Position numbers and translations under genes: made by a program
The notes under the pieces: generated by a model
What the model was told of the DNA's origin: nothing
Databases searched by the model: none
Seen by the model: only the letters and a program-made list of their open reading frames with translations
Part shown: positions 12,934 through 25,904 of the stretch, in pieces
How the letters are laid out: the number at the start of each line of letters is the position of its first letter
How positions within the stretch are numbered: the first letter of the stretch is position 1
DNA from: Chlorokybus atmophyticus
Lineage: Eukaryota; Plantae; Mesostigma and Chlorokybus algae
Direction of reading: 5' to 3'
Assembly (NCBI GenBank): GCA_009103225.1
Contig: RHPI01001616.1
Span: forward strand, 61,444-125,443
Length of the DNA stretch: 64,000 nt

Positions 12934-13757
12934 ACCACGAGCAACAGGTAAGTACAGGTGAGTGCGAGGTGAGCCTTTGCGGGGAGCAGGATTCCTGCCC
13001 GCATTCAAGTCATGGTCCACTCTATGCATGCTGGTGTGCTGGTGTGCTTGAGTGCTCGAGTGATGGCGTGCTTGTCATGCTGGTGCATAGTTGGCTAGAC
13101 TGTGACTTAGCTGACTCAGGTATCAATGGCTGCACTAACGGCTCTATCGTACTAACTGCATGGCCTGCAGCCATTCCTAAGTGTCGCGCAGGTTGAAGTC
13201 AAGCAAGCGCGGCATTCAGACTGCGGGGCCCAGTCAGTCAACGTCGTCGTCGTCGTCTTCTCCTGCCCAGCCAGCTCCTGACACCTACGCCTCTGCTGCG
13301 CAGGTGGTGATCACTATCAACCTTGCCCTGCTCTGCCCTGCCCTGCTGGTCGCTCTACTGATCAGTCTAGTGTCGTATTAGTGTAGCGCTGCTCTGGGCC
13401 CCTGTTAAGTGTTTGTCTTCTTGTGTTGTGAGTTGGCGTGGGCTTGGTGTGTGGCACATTGCATTGCACATTGCATCTTAAGCTTTATATACTTCCAGTT
13501 TGCTGTGGCTGGTCAAAGCAATTGTGAACTTGCACACAAATATACGTCCCAACAACAATCTTTGCACGCCCCCCACCCCCACCCCCCCCCCCACCCCCCC
13601 CCCCCACCCCCGCGCGCGCGCGCGAAACAAATGCGAAGGCGCTGAATGCGTCTGTACAAGTGCTGAACCAACCATTTGCTCTGTGGTCATGAACACTCAA
13701 GTGTAGCGTTCTTTGCTCCTGCAACACCCCCCTGTCTAGCAGCCTTGCCCTGGGATG

Positions 13758-14090
13758 CTACCCGGGATGCGCCTGCGTGATGCCACCTTGCCTCTGAAAG
13801 CCGCCTTGCTGCACACGCGCCTGCATAACAGGTCGCATGATGCAAGTTGAGTACCAACTGAATAAACGGTCCAACCTTTTCCCACCTTCTGTAGGAAGCG
13901 CTCTGAATGTATAAAGCTGTGTTTACTGACCTGTGCCTGCTGCATCTTCTGCCTCACGTACTCCGGGCCTTTCTCCGCCTCATCACAGATCAACTCCTCT
14001 CTGTGTAGCAAACTCACAACAGTCAGAGGCGTTGAGACTGCAACAGCGCTAGGTATTGATTGATTGACCAAGCCAACCATGCGGACACAT

Positions 14091-14124
<34 letters not shown>

Positions 14125-15168
14125 CATGCGTACGTGGATGTGTCTCGCGCAAGAGTGCTGCCCCTCACAATGACGATAACAACCATATACTCACAACACT
14201 CAACAAAACAACGCAACAAACACTCTAACTTACATGGCAACGAACTGCATGAACTTGGTCAGCAGCTCGCGGTCGTCTTTGTAGACTGTCGTGACACGCG
14301 CCAGACACGCCAACCCAAACCTCCCATCTGTCATGAGAGACACGAATGACCAATGTGTGACCTTTTTGACATCGTGTTTACGTTGGTCAACATATGATTA
14401 TGTGTCTGTCTTCGAAAACCGCACAGGCTTTCACCAAGAACCTTGATGTAGTTGCAGGAGAAGAGCTGCACTCACCAACTCCAATGGATTCAAAGAGCTT
14501 GGTTTGAAGCTTGTTGACCTGGTCTTCAACCACCTGGGAAACACACGCATGCACGCAAGCACGAAGACAGACACACACATTCAACACCTGGCTTGCTGTT
14601 TGTTGGACAACCATTGATCACCTCTCATTTCAACTAATTCTCAAAGTGACACAAAACAGACATCGAACTTGCAAGGCATTGACTCAACCCAAAGTCTACC
14701 AAGCAAGCTAATCCTGTGTCCAAGCCCACCTTGCCGGTTTTTGCAGCTTCAGCCAGCTTGCTTTTCACCTCTGTTGGTTGCAATTCACAAAAAGGTTGTT
14801 AACGCCTTGGTGTTGTGAGTACTGGTCTCCATGAAATCCACCAGCTTCCAAACAGTTGTGTGTAGTACATTACAACCTTGTATTTATAACAAAGCAGGGG
14901 GAGCATGCCACCAGAACTCCAAACGTGTAACGACGTGTTGTGAGCGAACGATACAGCCACTCTCTCACCTGGATTGGAGTACAACTTCACGCATGCCTCC
15001 ATGAACTCCATCAGCTTCTCTCTGACAGACACACATGTGATAAGGTTATAAGCAAGTACAGTCACACATGCTTACACTCTTCACACATAAGAATCGCACA
15101 CAAATTTAAACCACAAGGCAGTAAGTCGACACGCTGCACGCCATCACACTTACTCACTTGCTGAGCAT
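13758..15168 (-). CDS. Small (~130 aa) helical hypothetical protein, 6 exons
   Basis: Phase-consistent GT-AG splicing: MLSK|EKLMEFMEACVKLYSNP|EVKSKLAEAAKTGK|VVEDQVNKLQTKLFESIGV|DGRFGLACLARVTTVYKDDRELLTKFMQFVAI|EELICDEAEKGPEYVRQKMQQAQ|ARVQQGG...HPG* (7 segments including the short first exon). It resembles uncharacterised plant proteins from memory; family not assigned. Confidence 0.8.
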
Positions 15169-15413
15169 GCCATCTCGCTGAAGAGCAGGCGCGTCAGCCT
15201 GACCCTCTCCCGCACCTCCACCCAAACCCACCGCCTGCTGAAGCCAACCAAGCCAAGACGACTCTGCCGCCATCGCCGCCAACAATTACAACGACAACAA
15301 TAACATCCGCAACAACCAGAACAGCAACTAACACTTGGAGCAGAGCAGGCGAGTTGGGTTCTGGGTCTAAACTTAGGGCTCTAATTGAGGTTCGGGACCT
15401 TGGGTCCTGAACC

Positions 15414-15437
15414 CAACCCTAAAGCCGAACCCTAACG
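15414..15437. promoter_or_regulatory. Telo-box-like motifs (AACCCTAA x2) in a divergent promoter
   Basis: aaccctaaagccgaaccctaac lies between the head-to-head ATGs at 15168(-) and 15658(+). Telo-boxes are known plant promoter elements. Confidence 0.4.
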
Positions 15438-15657
15438 CAGAAAAAACGGGAAAAAGGGCAATTCAGCTGCTGACACCTCCGCCGCCTCCGCTGACAACAG
15501 CGAGCTGGGAGAGGAGGACAAGGAGAAGGAGGAGGAGGAGGAGTGGGCTTGTGCGTGCCTTCTACCTTTGTCAACCGTGCTTGCTGTGTTTCACCGTTGT
15601 GTGGTTTTGGGTGCTGTGTGAGTTCAAAAGTCAGGCAAGACGGAGGGCCTGGTGAAG

Positions 15658-17934
15658 ATGATGCGGCGGTCCTCCAGGAAGGCGCCGGCCACAAGCACCG
15701 CCGCCGCCCCCTCAGGTCACACACACCTTACCTCTGCATGCGTACGCGCATGTGACGGGACACACTGTTTGCTTACCCAACAGAAGTAGTGAGTGAGACA
15801 GCTTCTCTGTCTGTGCGCTTGCTATCTATGTGTGTGCGCAAAGTACAGCTGCTTGTGCTTGGGTCCTTTGTTGCGATGTGATACTAGTGCACATGTGCTG
15901 TGTTGGTAGAACTTGCAAGCTTGAAGTGCTGTCTCCTCAAGCCAGGCATGTATAGTTTGTTGATCCGTGTCTAGCAGGAGGGAGCAGGGCGGCGAAGGAG
16001 TTGGAGAAGATCGATGGTGTTTTCGCCAAGTATACTGACCCAAACGATCCCGAATCAATTGGGTAAGCAGCAGTAGTAGTAACCTATCAGATCAGCCAAG
16101 CAATCCACTAGGTAGAGATTGGGAGGCGTTAGCTGAAAGCAGTCAGCAGTAAGCACCAAATAGTAAGCACTGAAGCAAGCAGTAAGCACTATTCAGTTGG
16201 TGAGCAGTAAGCAACAGCTGTAAGCTCTATGCTGTACGCAGTTTGCAGTATGCAGAAAGGCGTAAGCAGCAGGAAGTTCGTGTTGTACGCACTGAATGTA
16301 AGCCGTCAGGAGTAAGCCGTGTCCAATGCTTACTTCAGTCAGCAGTAATCAACAGTCATGGCAGTAGTAAGCACTGCGCCAACCATGCAGTAAGAAGCAT
16401 TGTCATGCCATGGGCTTGCTGTCTCAACTGTTTTGGGGCCAGCACTGCAGTCTAGAACTACACATCACACAGAGCTTGTGGTGCGTAGTGAGTGATGAGA
16501 CCTTGACTGAATCTTATGTCCTGCGTGCATGCGTGTTACCATTGCAGGCCTGATGGGGTGGAGGCGCTGTGCAGCGATCTTGGGGTGTCGCCGGGGGACC
16601 TGTCGGTGCTGCTATTTGCATGGTGAGCATACGCAGCTTTGCATGTTCCGTTCTGTACATGCCAGCTACACTCCTGATATCACATGCAGTCAGCAGTTGC
16701 ATGTGCGTGATCAGGAGAGTAGATGGCATGCGCATGAGTATGATGGTGTCAGAAACAGAGTGCATTCCATGCACACGGTCACGTCTACTGTCAGCATTGT
16801 GCCTGCCCTGTGTTAACTCACTGCTTCAACTGTACTTTCTTTAACGTATTTTGCGAATCTGTTGCGCATCGATGTCTCCCTTTGATTTGGATTCATTGTG
16901 TACGTATGTTTGTGTGTCTCAGGAAATTGGGGGCAGAGCGCATGGGTTACTTCTCACTGGTACAGTGCAACCTCCCTCCCGTTGATGTTGGCAAGCCTGT
17001 TGTGCGGTGTCATTGTGCTCATGTGGTCAATCTCAGGAAGAGTGGAGGAGAGGTTTGAGGGCCATGCGAGTAGATAGTTTGGACAAGTTGAAAAAGGCGC
17101 TCCCGTCCTTAGAAAGCGAGGTGACAAGTTGTTCCAATTTGTTCTTAACACTATTCTCTTCACAGCCAGTTGCACTTACCCTATTATGCTGCCGCAGGTT
17201 CGATACTCCAGCGCATATCAAGACTTCTACACATTTGCTTTCCAGTACTGTTTGACAGGTACACTGTGCAAGTCGATTGTGGACATTAGCCTTTTCAGTG
17301 ACAGCTTTATGGCACTTCAATCTCACCTGTGAGGGAGAGTTTGTCCACAAAGCAAATGGGCCCAATGCACACGCGCGCCAGCGCTCACACTTACACACAT
17401 GCACGCATGCGCTCGCACCCAAAAGCAAAAGGACCCAAAGCGCGATTGTTTCAATGCACTGTTTTGCTGCAGAGCCGCGACAAAAGACGCTGGATCTGGA
17501 CACGGCGTCCCAGATGTTGTCGCTGGTCATGAAAGGCAGGCCGCATCTCGAGGACTTTGTTCAGTTCCTTCACACGCAGTCAGAGTACAAGGCCATGAAT
17601 CAGGACCAGTGGCTTGGGTTCCTACGGTTGTCTGATGAGGTAACCCTTTGTTGTGTTCTCTCTGCAGCTTGATATGTTGTGTGAGTTACTACACTGTGCT
17701 ATGTTTATATACAGTGGCATATAGCGACTATATATATGTAGTTACTACAGTATACCTGAGTGGTTATACTGGAAATACGATTATGGCTGATGAGGTATGA
17801 CAGTGTGTTGAGGTACCTTTGTTCATGCTGTGCAGGTGAAGACGGATTTTTCAAACTATGATGAGAACCAAGCATGGCCGTTGTTAATGGACAACTACGT
17901 TGACTGGGGAAGGGATCGGCGACAGCGCTCATAG
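15658..17934 (+). CDS. DCN1-like (defective in cullin neddylation, PONY domain) protein without an N-terminal UBA domain
   Basis: Spliced: MMRRSSRKAPATSTAAAPS | GGSRAAKELEKIDGVFAKYTDPNDPESIG | PDGVEALCSDLGVSPGDLSVLLFAW | KLGAERMGYFSL | EEWRRGLRAMRVDSLDKLK | ...YQDFYTFAFQYCLT | EPRQKTLDLDTA...NQDQWLGF | ...YDENQAWPLLMDNYVDW...RS*. Confidence 0.92.
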
Positions 17935-20900
17935 CCCGCGCTGTGTAGTTGTGCTTTACTTGTTGTAGGTGCGTAGATTAGGGCCAATTCTTTCTGTACT
18001 CTGCACGCGAACTGTCAGCAGCAACAAGCTTTTGTAAGTGTATGTCGTTGATCAATGTTGGCCATTCATCACACTGTAAAACTGCAATTGGGTTGTATGT
18101 ATCTTGGGGGGCGGGGGGGGCGGACACGTTGTCTTAATTTGGGCGGGGGCAAATTACATGTACAAAAGCTGCACCCACCCTCGTATGATACATAAACATG
18201 ATGTGCATTCGTGACAGCCGCAAGATGTATTTAATTGCTCATGTTGCACGGATACGATGTTGCATGTGTCACTTCACATCAACATTTTTTGCTAACATGC
18301 GCGTTTGTCTCAATGGATGCAGCTTGTTATGTGTTAGACTAGTAATGTGACATAACTATTTGACAACAATATGTGTGGTGGCGCCGACATCAAGCATATC
18401 ATTGTTGCACATTTATACATGTATATTGTATGTCATGCGGGTCTTTCATGGTACTCGCATTGTTCGCATACTGTAGACGAAGTCCTCAAAGACCAATATG
18501 TTTCATTACAATGCACACCATAAGCGCCTTTTTGATAAAGCATTTCTTTATATACACACCTGCATGGGTGCGTGTAGCGCGTGATGATATTCAACGTCGC
18601 GCACAGTTTCTGACATGCACGTCAACTGCCACGAATAGGCAGAAGGAGTGGCAATAATCATTGCTGATGTGTATGCAATCATTACTATTACAACATCCAG
18701 GATGTCGTAATGGATCAAAGAATGTACCATATAATAAGTAATTATATATATGATATATATGTGTGAGTTGTATTGTATGCAATATGTATGACCACAATGT
18801 TATGGACTATAACTTATGGTGTTATGCTTCATGCTTACACATACACGTATAGGTATGTCACTGCCATGGTCGTCAATGTTCAACAGTGATGTAGGTCTAA
18901 CTCTACATCCAGACGTGTTTTTAGGTTGGGTGAGGCAATTGCTACTGTCGATGCTTTGCATATAGGTTGAATAGTTGCAATCAGAAGTAATTACCAGTAC
19001 ATCGCCGAGGCCGTTGGCCATCTCCTGTAGATCTTGCGCGGGCCAACCGTCTCGTGCATGCGGCACGCCAACACGCCAATTGCTTCACTACACCTTCACT
19101 ATGATCAATGAGCTTGAGCTTACCTTTGGTGGATGCATGTTACCATACAACCGGAGAGCTCCTGCTTCAACGATGATAATAAGGTCGTCTCTATTGATCA
19201 AGCAAAAGGCTGCTTTAACTTGCGCCTGCATCATACTATAATGCAGGCAAGGTATGACCGTGCATGCGTGCATGCGTGCGTGCGTGTGTGTGTGTGTGTG
19301 TATGCCTTCCTTGTTGGGTTCCCAAACCACGTGTCATATGGTATGATATGTGTTGTTTGCTGTCACATAAATAAGCAATACATATAAACTTGCAAGATCG
19401 TTGTACACAATGTATCAAACATGTTGAAACACGCGCCATATGGTGTTTATGACGATATCTTTATAAACACATATGTGTACATATGTATTACACGATAATG
19501 TCATGTATTAATTTACACATACAAGCATCGTCACAGTTCAGCCCTTTCTGATGCATACGCAATTAACAAAATGGTATAATATTCGCCCGGGACAAATATG
19601 TGACCTACAGCATGCGACTTTTCAAGCAGTATGAGCAGAAACTGAGGGAAAATACTCGAGGCCATTAATTAAATGATGGTTTCATTAAGGAAACAAGACA
19701 TGTTATTGACATTAATATCCCACTGTTCATCTCAAGATTTTAAAGTTTGCAAAATACACTTTGATCCCTTATCTCGCACCCCAACTTTGAATGTTTTGGA
19801 ATAGCCTTTTTGTCTTCATGTGTTTGTCATAGTGAACATGCAAATGATACCATAATACCATAATATTGCTTTCATTCCTTTTGTCAACACGCACGCATGC
19901 GCGGTGCTGGCAAGCTAAAAATTCTCTGCCTTCGTTTATGCTTGCCCCTTCCCTCCTTAAGCATGCTCCCTTGCCGCACAAAGAGAGCGGCTCTCTAGGT
20001 GGTCTGGGCTGGTGCACTTAGCCTAGCATAATGGCCCCCCACCCATCTTGCTAGCTCGCTTGCCGTTTCATGCCAAATTATGTATCCACACCGTGTAGAT
20101 GTGACATGTGTGTGGCTCACACACATGTGTGGAGGCTCGGAGCCAGTGGCTCGGAGCCAGTGGCTCAGAGCCACTGTTAGATGGCTTGATTACCAACCAA
20201 GTAGTAGTACTGCAAAGAAAGTGGCTACCAGCCCTTTGTGGTTGACCATAGCGTCGGGCGATTGTGGGCATGTGTGCATGGTGTGAGCAATTGGTGTGCG
20301 TTTTCTACACCATGTGCCATTGTAATGCCATTTATGTGGTCTTGTATCTCTGCGAGGCCCGCGCTGTGCTACCGTAGCACAGCTGTGACAGCCATCCGTT
20401 GCACCGCTATGTCATAGGCAGTGCACACACACACACACACCGCTAGTGTGCTGACACTGCGTGCGGGAGTGACATAGGTGCTCGTTTTCACATCTAGCAT
20501 GCCAGTGCAATCAACCTCTTCTATACGCGCGTGCGCATGCACAAGTAACGACGCATTATTTGTTGTTAACAACTTATTACTGGTGCATACAATGTTTTAA
20601 ACATTACGCACATATGGGTACGTTGAAGTAGCAAAGTTACATATGAAGTGCAGTTGTACATGCAAATCATTAGGGTAAAAGCATTATATTGCAAGCAAAT
20701 GTGGTAAACAAGCAAAGATTAAAGCGGCAGGGGTAGTACTTGACATTCGCAAATCTTTTCAAATTGAAAAAGTATAGCTTAAGCTCACCATGTGCATAGG
20801 CAAGACCGACTGCTAGACCCAACTCAGACCAAAGCAATGCGTGCATGTGTGCATGCAATTCCTTGCATATCATAGCGAGGTACAGGTGGTAGAGCGAGTA

Positions 20901-21339
20901 AGGTATGACAAATAACCTGCAAAGAGGAAAGGCGAGTGGAACTTTCGCAGCAAATGACTTCAGCGCTTTGAGGGGGTGACGGCAGTGTCTTGGTGTGCAA
21001 TATGAACACATACGGTATATTCATAATCATCTATACTCTGTCAACGTGTCGTTCATAAATGTGAACACACATTGTAGTGAATGTAACCATGTATCATTAC
21101 ACCACATGTATAACGAGTCATAAAAAGTCATTCACATCACAATAATAAACATACAATGCACATGAGAATGCATACAAGCTACATATAATCACATTGTTTA
21201 TCAATAGTAATGTAATACCATGTTTGGTTCTATTCACAGTGTGAGGTTGTAGTGTAAATGTATCATAAACGTTTCTTCCGCTTGTATTGTGGCAATTGAT
21301 GCAGCAAAACCAACATCAGGATTTTTACATGCCAAATAG

Positions 21340-21480
21340 ACCGGTAGAAGGCGGCCAGTTGATTACCCTAACTTAATGTCATTGAAAAGACCGAGCGACT
21401 ACCGGTACTGCCGGATAATGCACCGGCATCATACCGGTGATATGTACCGGTAATCGGTGTTACCGGTTTACCCCGGGTTG
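21340..21480. repeat. Cluster of ACCGGT palindromes; possible DNA-transposon subterminal region
   Basis: Five ACCGGT plus related CCGG words in ~130 bp, at the edge of an AT-rich non-genic block. Confidence 0.35.
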
Positions 21481-22060
21481 CCGCAGGGAGTGACCCGCGG
21501 TACCTTTGCTTGCTTTAACTGCGATATCGCTTGAGATTCTTATAAATTGATAACTATAAGTTGAGATGGGGGGGGGGGGTGTTGCTTACATTAAGTATGG
21601 TTGAGCCACGCGGAACTTCCGTGGCGGAAGTCACGTTTTAGCTCAAACCTTTGAGCCACGACCATTAATTGTCGGTGTTTATATAAAGAAACGCAAATTA
21701 TAGGACCAAAGACGTTTGTCTGTCACCGGTTACCTCACCTACCACGGTTGAGCCCAACCGATAACTAATGCTGTATGTTGCATAGGTGTACAATCCCGCG
21801 AGCCAATCGGCTCGTCGTGCCTGCGACGATGCGCCGCGCCGACCGGCCAATCCGCAGCCGCGGAGGCTTGTGCGGCTTGTGCGGCACTTGGGCAGATAAG
21901 GGTTTTTGTGGGTGTCAATGTGGGTTTAGTGGGAGTTGTTGGCGTGGAGCAGGACGTGGGCGTGGTCGGCGGACGGTTGCTGTAGTGGGAAGGTGTCGTT
22001 GTCTTTGTGGGAGGTGTTGGATATTGGGGAGCGTCGTGCGGCTGTACTCTTAGGGCGGCC

Positions 22061-22870
22061 ATGGCTCTCTCCAGCAGCGCCGCACTGGCGTCCTTGCCGG
22101 CGGTCTTCCGGGCGCCACGCTCCGCCGCCACCTCCCAGAGGCGCAACCTGAGCGTGCGCGCCGAGGAGAACAAGGAGGCCCTTGCCCCCGGCAGCGGCTT
22201 GGCCAAGGAGGCGGCGGCGGCCAACGTGAAGGACACCGCCGCCGCCAACAAGGATAAGAAGCAAGACATCGGCCCCAAGCGTGGATCCAAGGTGGGTTGG
22301 CGGATCTTGAAATGTTGTGCTCTGTTGACCCAACATGCTCTGGTGATGTCCTTTTCGTGCTCCATTGAAATGGCGTGCTCTGTTGATGTAGCGTTTTCTG
22401 ATGAATGGGATTGGTCTCTTTAGCTGTTTGGGTTGACAACTTACAGTAGCAGTGGTGTTTAGTCAATGTTGCTTGCTGTTTGGCCGCCAGGCACGGTTTC
22501 CAGGAGATTCACTTTGTATTGCAGGTGAAGATCCTTCGACCAGAAAGCTATTGGTTCAATGACGTGGGCAAAGTTGTCTCCGTTGACCAGGTGACAAGTT
22601 GCACTTGCATTGCTTGACATTCATGTGCTTGGTGTTTGCCACAGTGATATATGTAACCACTGCTCACATGTTCATACGATAGCTTGCAATTCAGCAGCCA
22701 GCTGTCTGTAGCATGGCACATGATGCACACATAAATTGCAAAGCTGACACATGTATTTTGTTGGTATGCAGACCGGCATCCGTTACCCTGTTGTCGTCCG
22801 TTTTGAGAAGGTGAACTATGCCGGCGTGAACACGAACAACTACGCCCTCGATGAGGTGAAGGAGCAATGA
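22061..22870 (+). CDS. psaE: Photosystem I subunit IV (PsaE) with plastid transit peptide, 3 exons
   Basis: Exons 22061-22291, 22525-22590 and 22772-22870: [12 protein letters not shown]...IGPKRGSK | [22 protein letters not shown] | [32 protein letters not shown]. Confidence 0.97.
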
Positions 22871-23716
22871 GCCTACTCCCTTCCATTACTTACAGAGTTG
22901 TAGATATATTGGCCACTGCACTTTTTGAATGAACTCGGTTGCATTGGTTGTTGCAGTAATGTCTTTTATTACACTGTGTCACCCGCTGCTCTCTGAGCAT
23001 GCAGTTACTGTGATCTTGTCATACATGTGGTTTTCACACTGTACAGTCCCAACTTGTGCCCTAATTCTTGTCTTTGTAATGCATGCACAACATGGCAGAT
23101 GTTTGATGCTGTGCTCAAGCTTGTGATACTTCATACACAAGAAGTTATGGTGCAGCTTGGCTACTGTCACCGTTGGGCATTCAGTGGATTGTACACTCGT
23201 TTGCGAAGTAATGGTGCAGCTTGGCTACTGACCGCAGGGCACTCAGTGGCATACATACAGCAAGCATGTCATCGCGAAGGGGGGAACGTGTATGTGTATA
23301 TAAGGGGTATGGTACGGTGTGTGTATGTAAGTGTGCGCTTGTGCGTGTGCGTGTGCGTGCGAGCCAAACAAACCATTATGGCATTACATTGCAAGCTAGC
23401 TGACCTGTGACGCTGCAAAAAAAGCACAACACAATAATCCACTCACTGCTTAGGAACAGACAGGTGTCTCTGGCTGCCACATGTGCGGCAGGCAACATGT
23501 GGCACTCCCCTGGTGGGACGATGGCCGGCCCGCCGCCGTCCATCAATGTCTCTGTTGATCGATTGCTGCTGCTGCAACAACAACAAAAACACACGAGAGG
23601 ATCAGTGCAACGCCCCAACCAATGGGCGGTGTTTCTGCAACCACCACCACCACCACAGCAACAACATGGCAATGATCATGCAATCATTGCAGTGCAGACA
23701 CACACAGCGACAGCCC

Positions 23717-24715
23717 TGCCGTCCTAGCCAGCAACTGCTAACCGCAGCCTTGTGGGCAGGTACTGTTCTCTGCATGCTTGCCGTATGTCTAACGGGGTGG
23801 GCTAGTAATAGCATAGCATAGCGTAGTTAGCACTAGCCCGGTGGTGACTGTTATGTGAGTGGTAAAGGTTATTTTTCATGCATGTCACTCACATTGCCCG
23901 CACACCATGCATGTTGCCATAGTACCCTTTATATACACACCACTCCCTAGTTGGTCCGCTGGACCGTCCCATGCCAGAGGCAAGCCGGGTTAGCTTGACC
24001 CAATCGGGGAAGCGCCCGGCTCCCCTATGCTACTTTGCATAGGGATGTATTGTGGTGCATGCAAATGCAATGGTTGGAGTTTGCGTGCGATAGTGATAAA
24101 GGTGCTTGACCGGGAGCACCTTGCATGCTAGTTAGTGCCCACCCCGTTAGCCTTACAGGGCAGTGCATCGCCTACGCCAGCCACACACCGCACCAGCTGC
24201 GCGACAGGCATGCGGCGACCACTGCGACACATTGCGAGTACATGGGGAGCAGAGAAGTCTGCCCGTGTGGTTATGCTAGAACACACACAGCGACATCAGC
24301 AAGGGAGTGCTGCAGCACATGCATGACATGCGTGACTGTGCATCGTGCATGCTACCGTGCAACTGACGAAACCCTGAAGTACGGCAGTGGCGACAGCGGC
24401 TGCCATTGCTGAGCAAGGTTTGGGAAGGTGGCGGTGACGGGAGGCGGAAGGGAGGAGGGCGTGGGAGTCCGCGTCGCTGTTGTTGCTGCCGTTGCCGTCC
24501 TAGCCAGCAACTGCTAACCGCAGCCCTTGTGGGCAGGTACTGTTCTCTGCATGCTTGCTGTATGTCTAACGGGGTGGGCTAGTACTAGCATAGCATAGCG
24601 TTGGTAGCACTAGCCCGGTGGTGACTGTTATGTGAGTGGTGAAGGTTATTTTTCATGCATGTCACTCACATTGCCCGCACACCATGCATGTTGCCATAGT
24701 ACCGTTTATATACAC
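23717..24715 (+). mobile_element. Non-autonomous element with ~220-bp terminal direct repeats (partial-tandem/pseudo-LTR, PLE-type)
   Basis: 23717-23938 and 24493-24715 are near-identical direct repeats. They lack TG...CA ends and carry the same 3' module as the RT-bearing PLE. No coding capacity is evident in between. Confidence 0.7.
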
Positions 24716-25904
24716 TTCTACTATGCGGACGTCCACATGCGCAGTGCTCCTTTAGTAAGGAAGGACTCACTCTATGAGACATGCACATGCAGAGGAACAG
24801 GCTCCGTTGCATACTGGCACGGTGAGAGCATCATGGTGCAGCTTGTAGCAGCTCTTGGGAGCCTCCACAACGTAGGACACCTCACATGGCAGCTCCCAAT
24901 CAGCTCCCACACCTCTCTCACAAGTACCCACTCAACACAGAGCGGGGGAAGGCCCCTTGAATTGTAACACCAAGCACCCCACACTCAATGAGTGATAGAA
25001 CCACACTAGTACTCACCTACGGCGTGCACACCAGTGCCTCTGTCATCCCCAACTTGTGAACGTCCACAATAACATTTGTATCTGCCTTAAGCTTAATGCC
25101 AACGCCCTTAAGCTTGCCCCCTAGCAATTGGGCCGTTATCTAGCTTCTTCAAGCCCTTAACAATGCCTTCCCACTTGGTCACACGCTCTCTTCAAGGGGC
25201 ACTAGCCCTTGGGAACGTGTGCTGACTATACACATGACGTTCAGCACTGAACCGTGCAGTGCTTGAACGGCGTGGCCACGTGCCACACACACGTGTGAAG
25301 CTACATTGCCGTATGCAACAGCATATACAGCACAACACTTGATATTGTCTTATAAGTGAACATACACATGTTCAAACTAACCAGCTCTGTGCTAGCTAAT
25401 CATCAATGTCATTTTTTAGTTGATCTTGTTCAGGGCTCATGAGTGCAATTGCAATTGCAATGGCTGTATGAGCGAACCCGGCAGGGCCTACTAGGTGATG
25501 TACGCACTTAAGGGGTTGAACTCTCAAGGGGTCACCCCGATGAAAGTTGAAGTTGTTAATAGCATTGTATGGGAGTTTAACTTGAACTCCCATACAACAC
25601 TGTTAACACATGATGGCAACGTGAGAGTACAATAAGCCTTGCCTCATAATGTATGCTTGATCATATTGTAATGATCTGCGGGCCACGGCTTGTAGGATGA
25701 TAAGGCCGAGAGCGGTGCCCGCACCACGCTTGTACGGCGCCTTTTGCTACTGAACTGCTTCAACTTCGGAAGTTGGAACAATTAGCTTGTTCACTCTCGC
25801 CGCCGCCGCCGCCGCCACCATTATAATAGGTGGGCTCCGACCACTAGGCCCTAAATGCTTCATGTACATGTGTGCATGATGTGCATTAGCCATGTGCTGC
25901 ACAC

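Noticed and set aside
13181-13381. Plus ORF with a hydrophobic C-terminus (possible tail-anchored exon)
   Set aside because: No upstream exons could be linked; composition resembles reverse-complemented purine-rich repeat UTR.
21600-21630. GCCACG...CGTGGC hairpin as a Helitron 3' end
   Set aside because: No CTRR terminus downstream.
24360-24380. CTGACGAAAC as a hammerhead ribozyme core
   Set aside because: CUGANGA and GAAA overlap with no stem II, and stems I and III could not be identified by eye.
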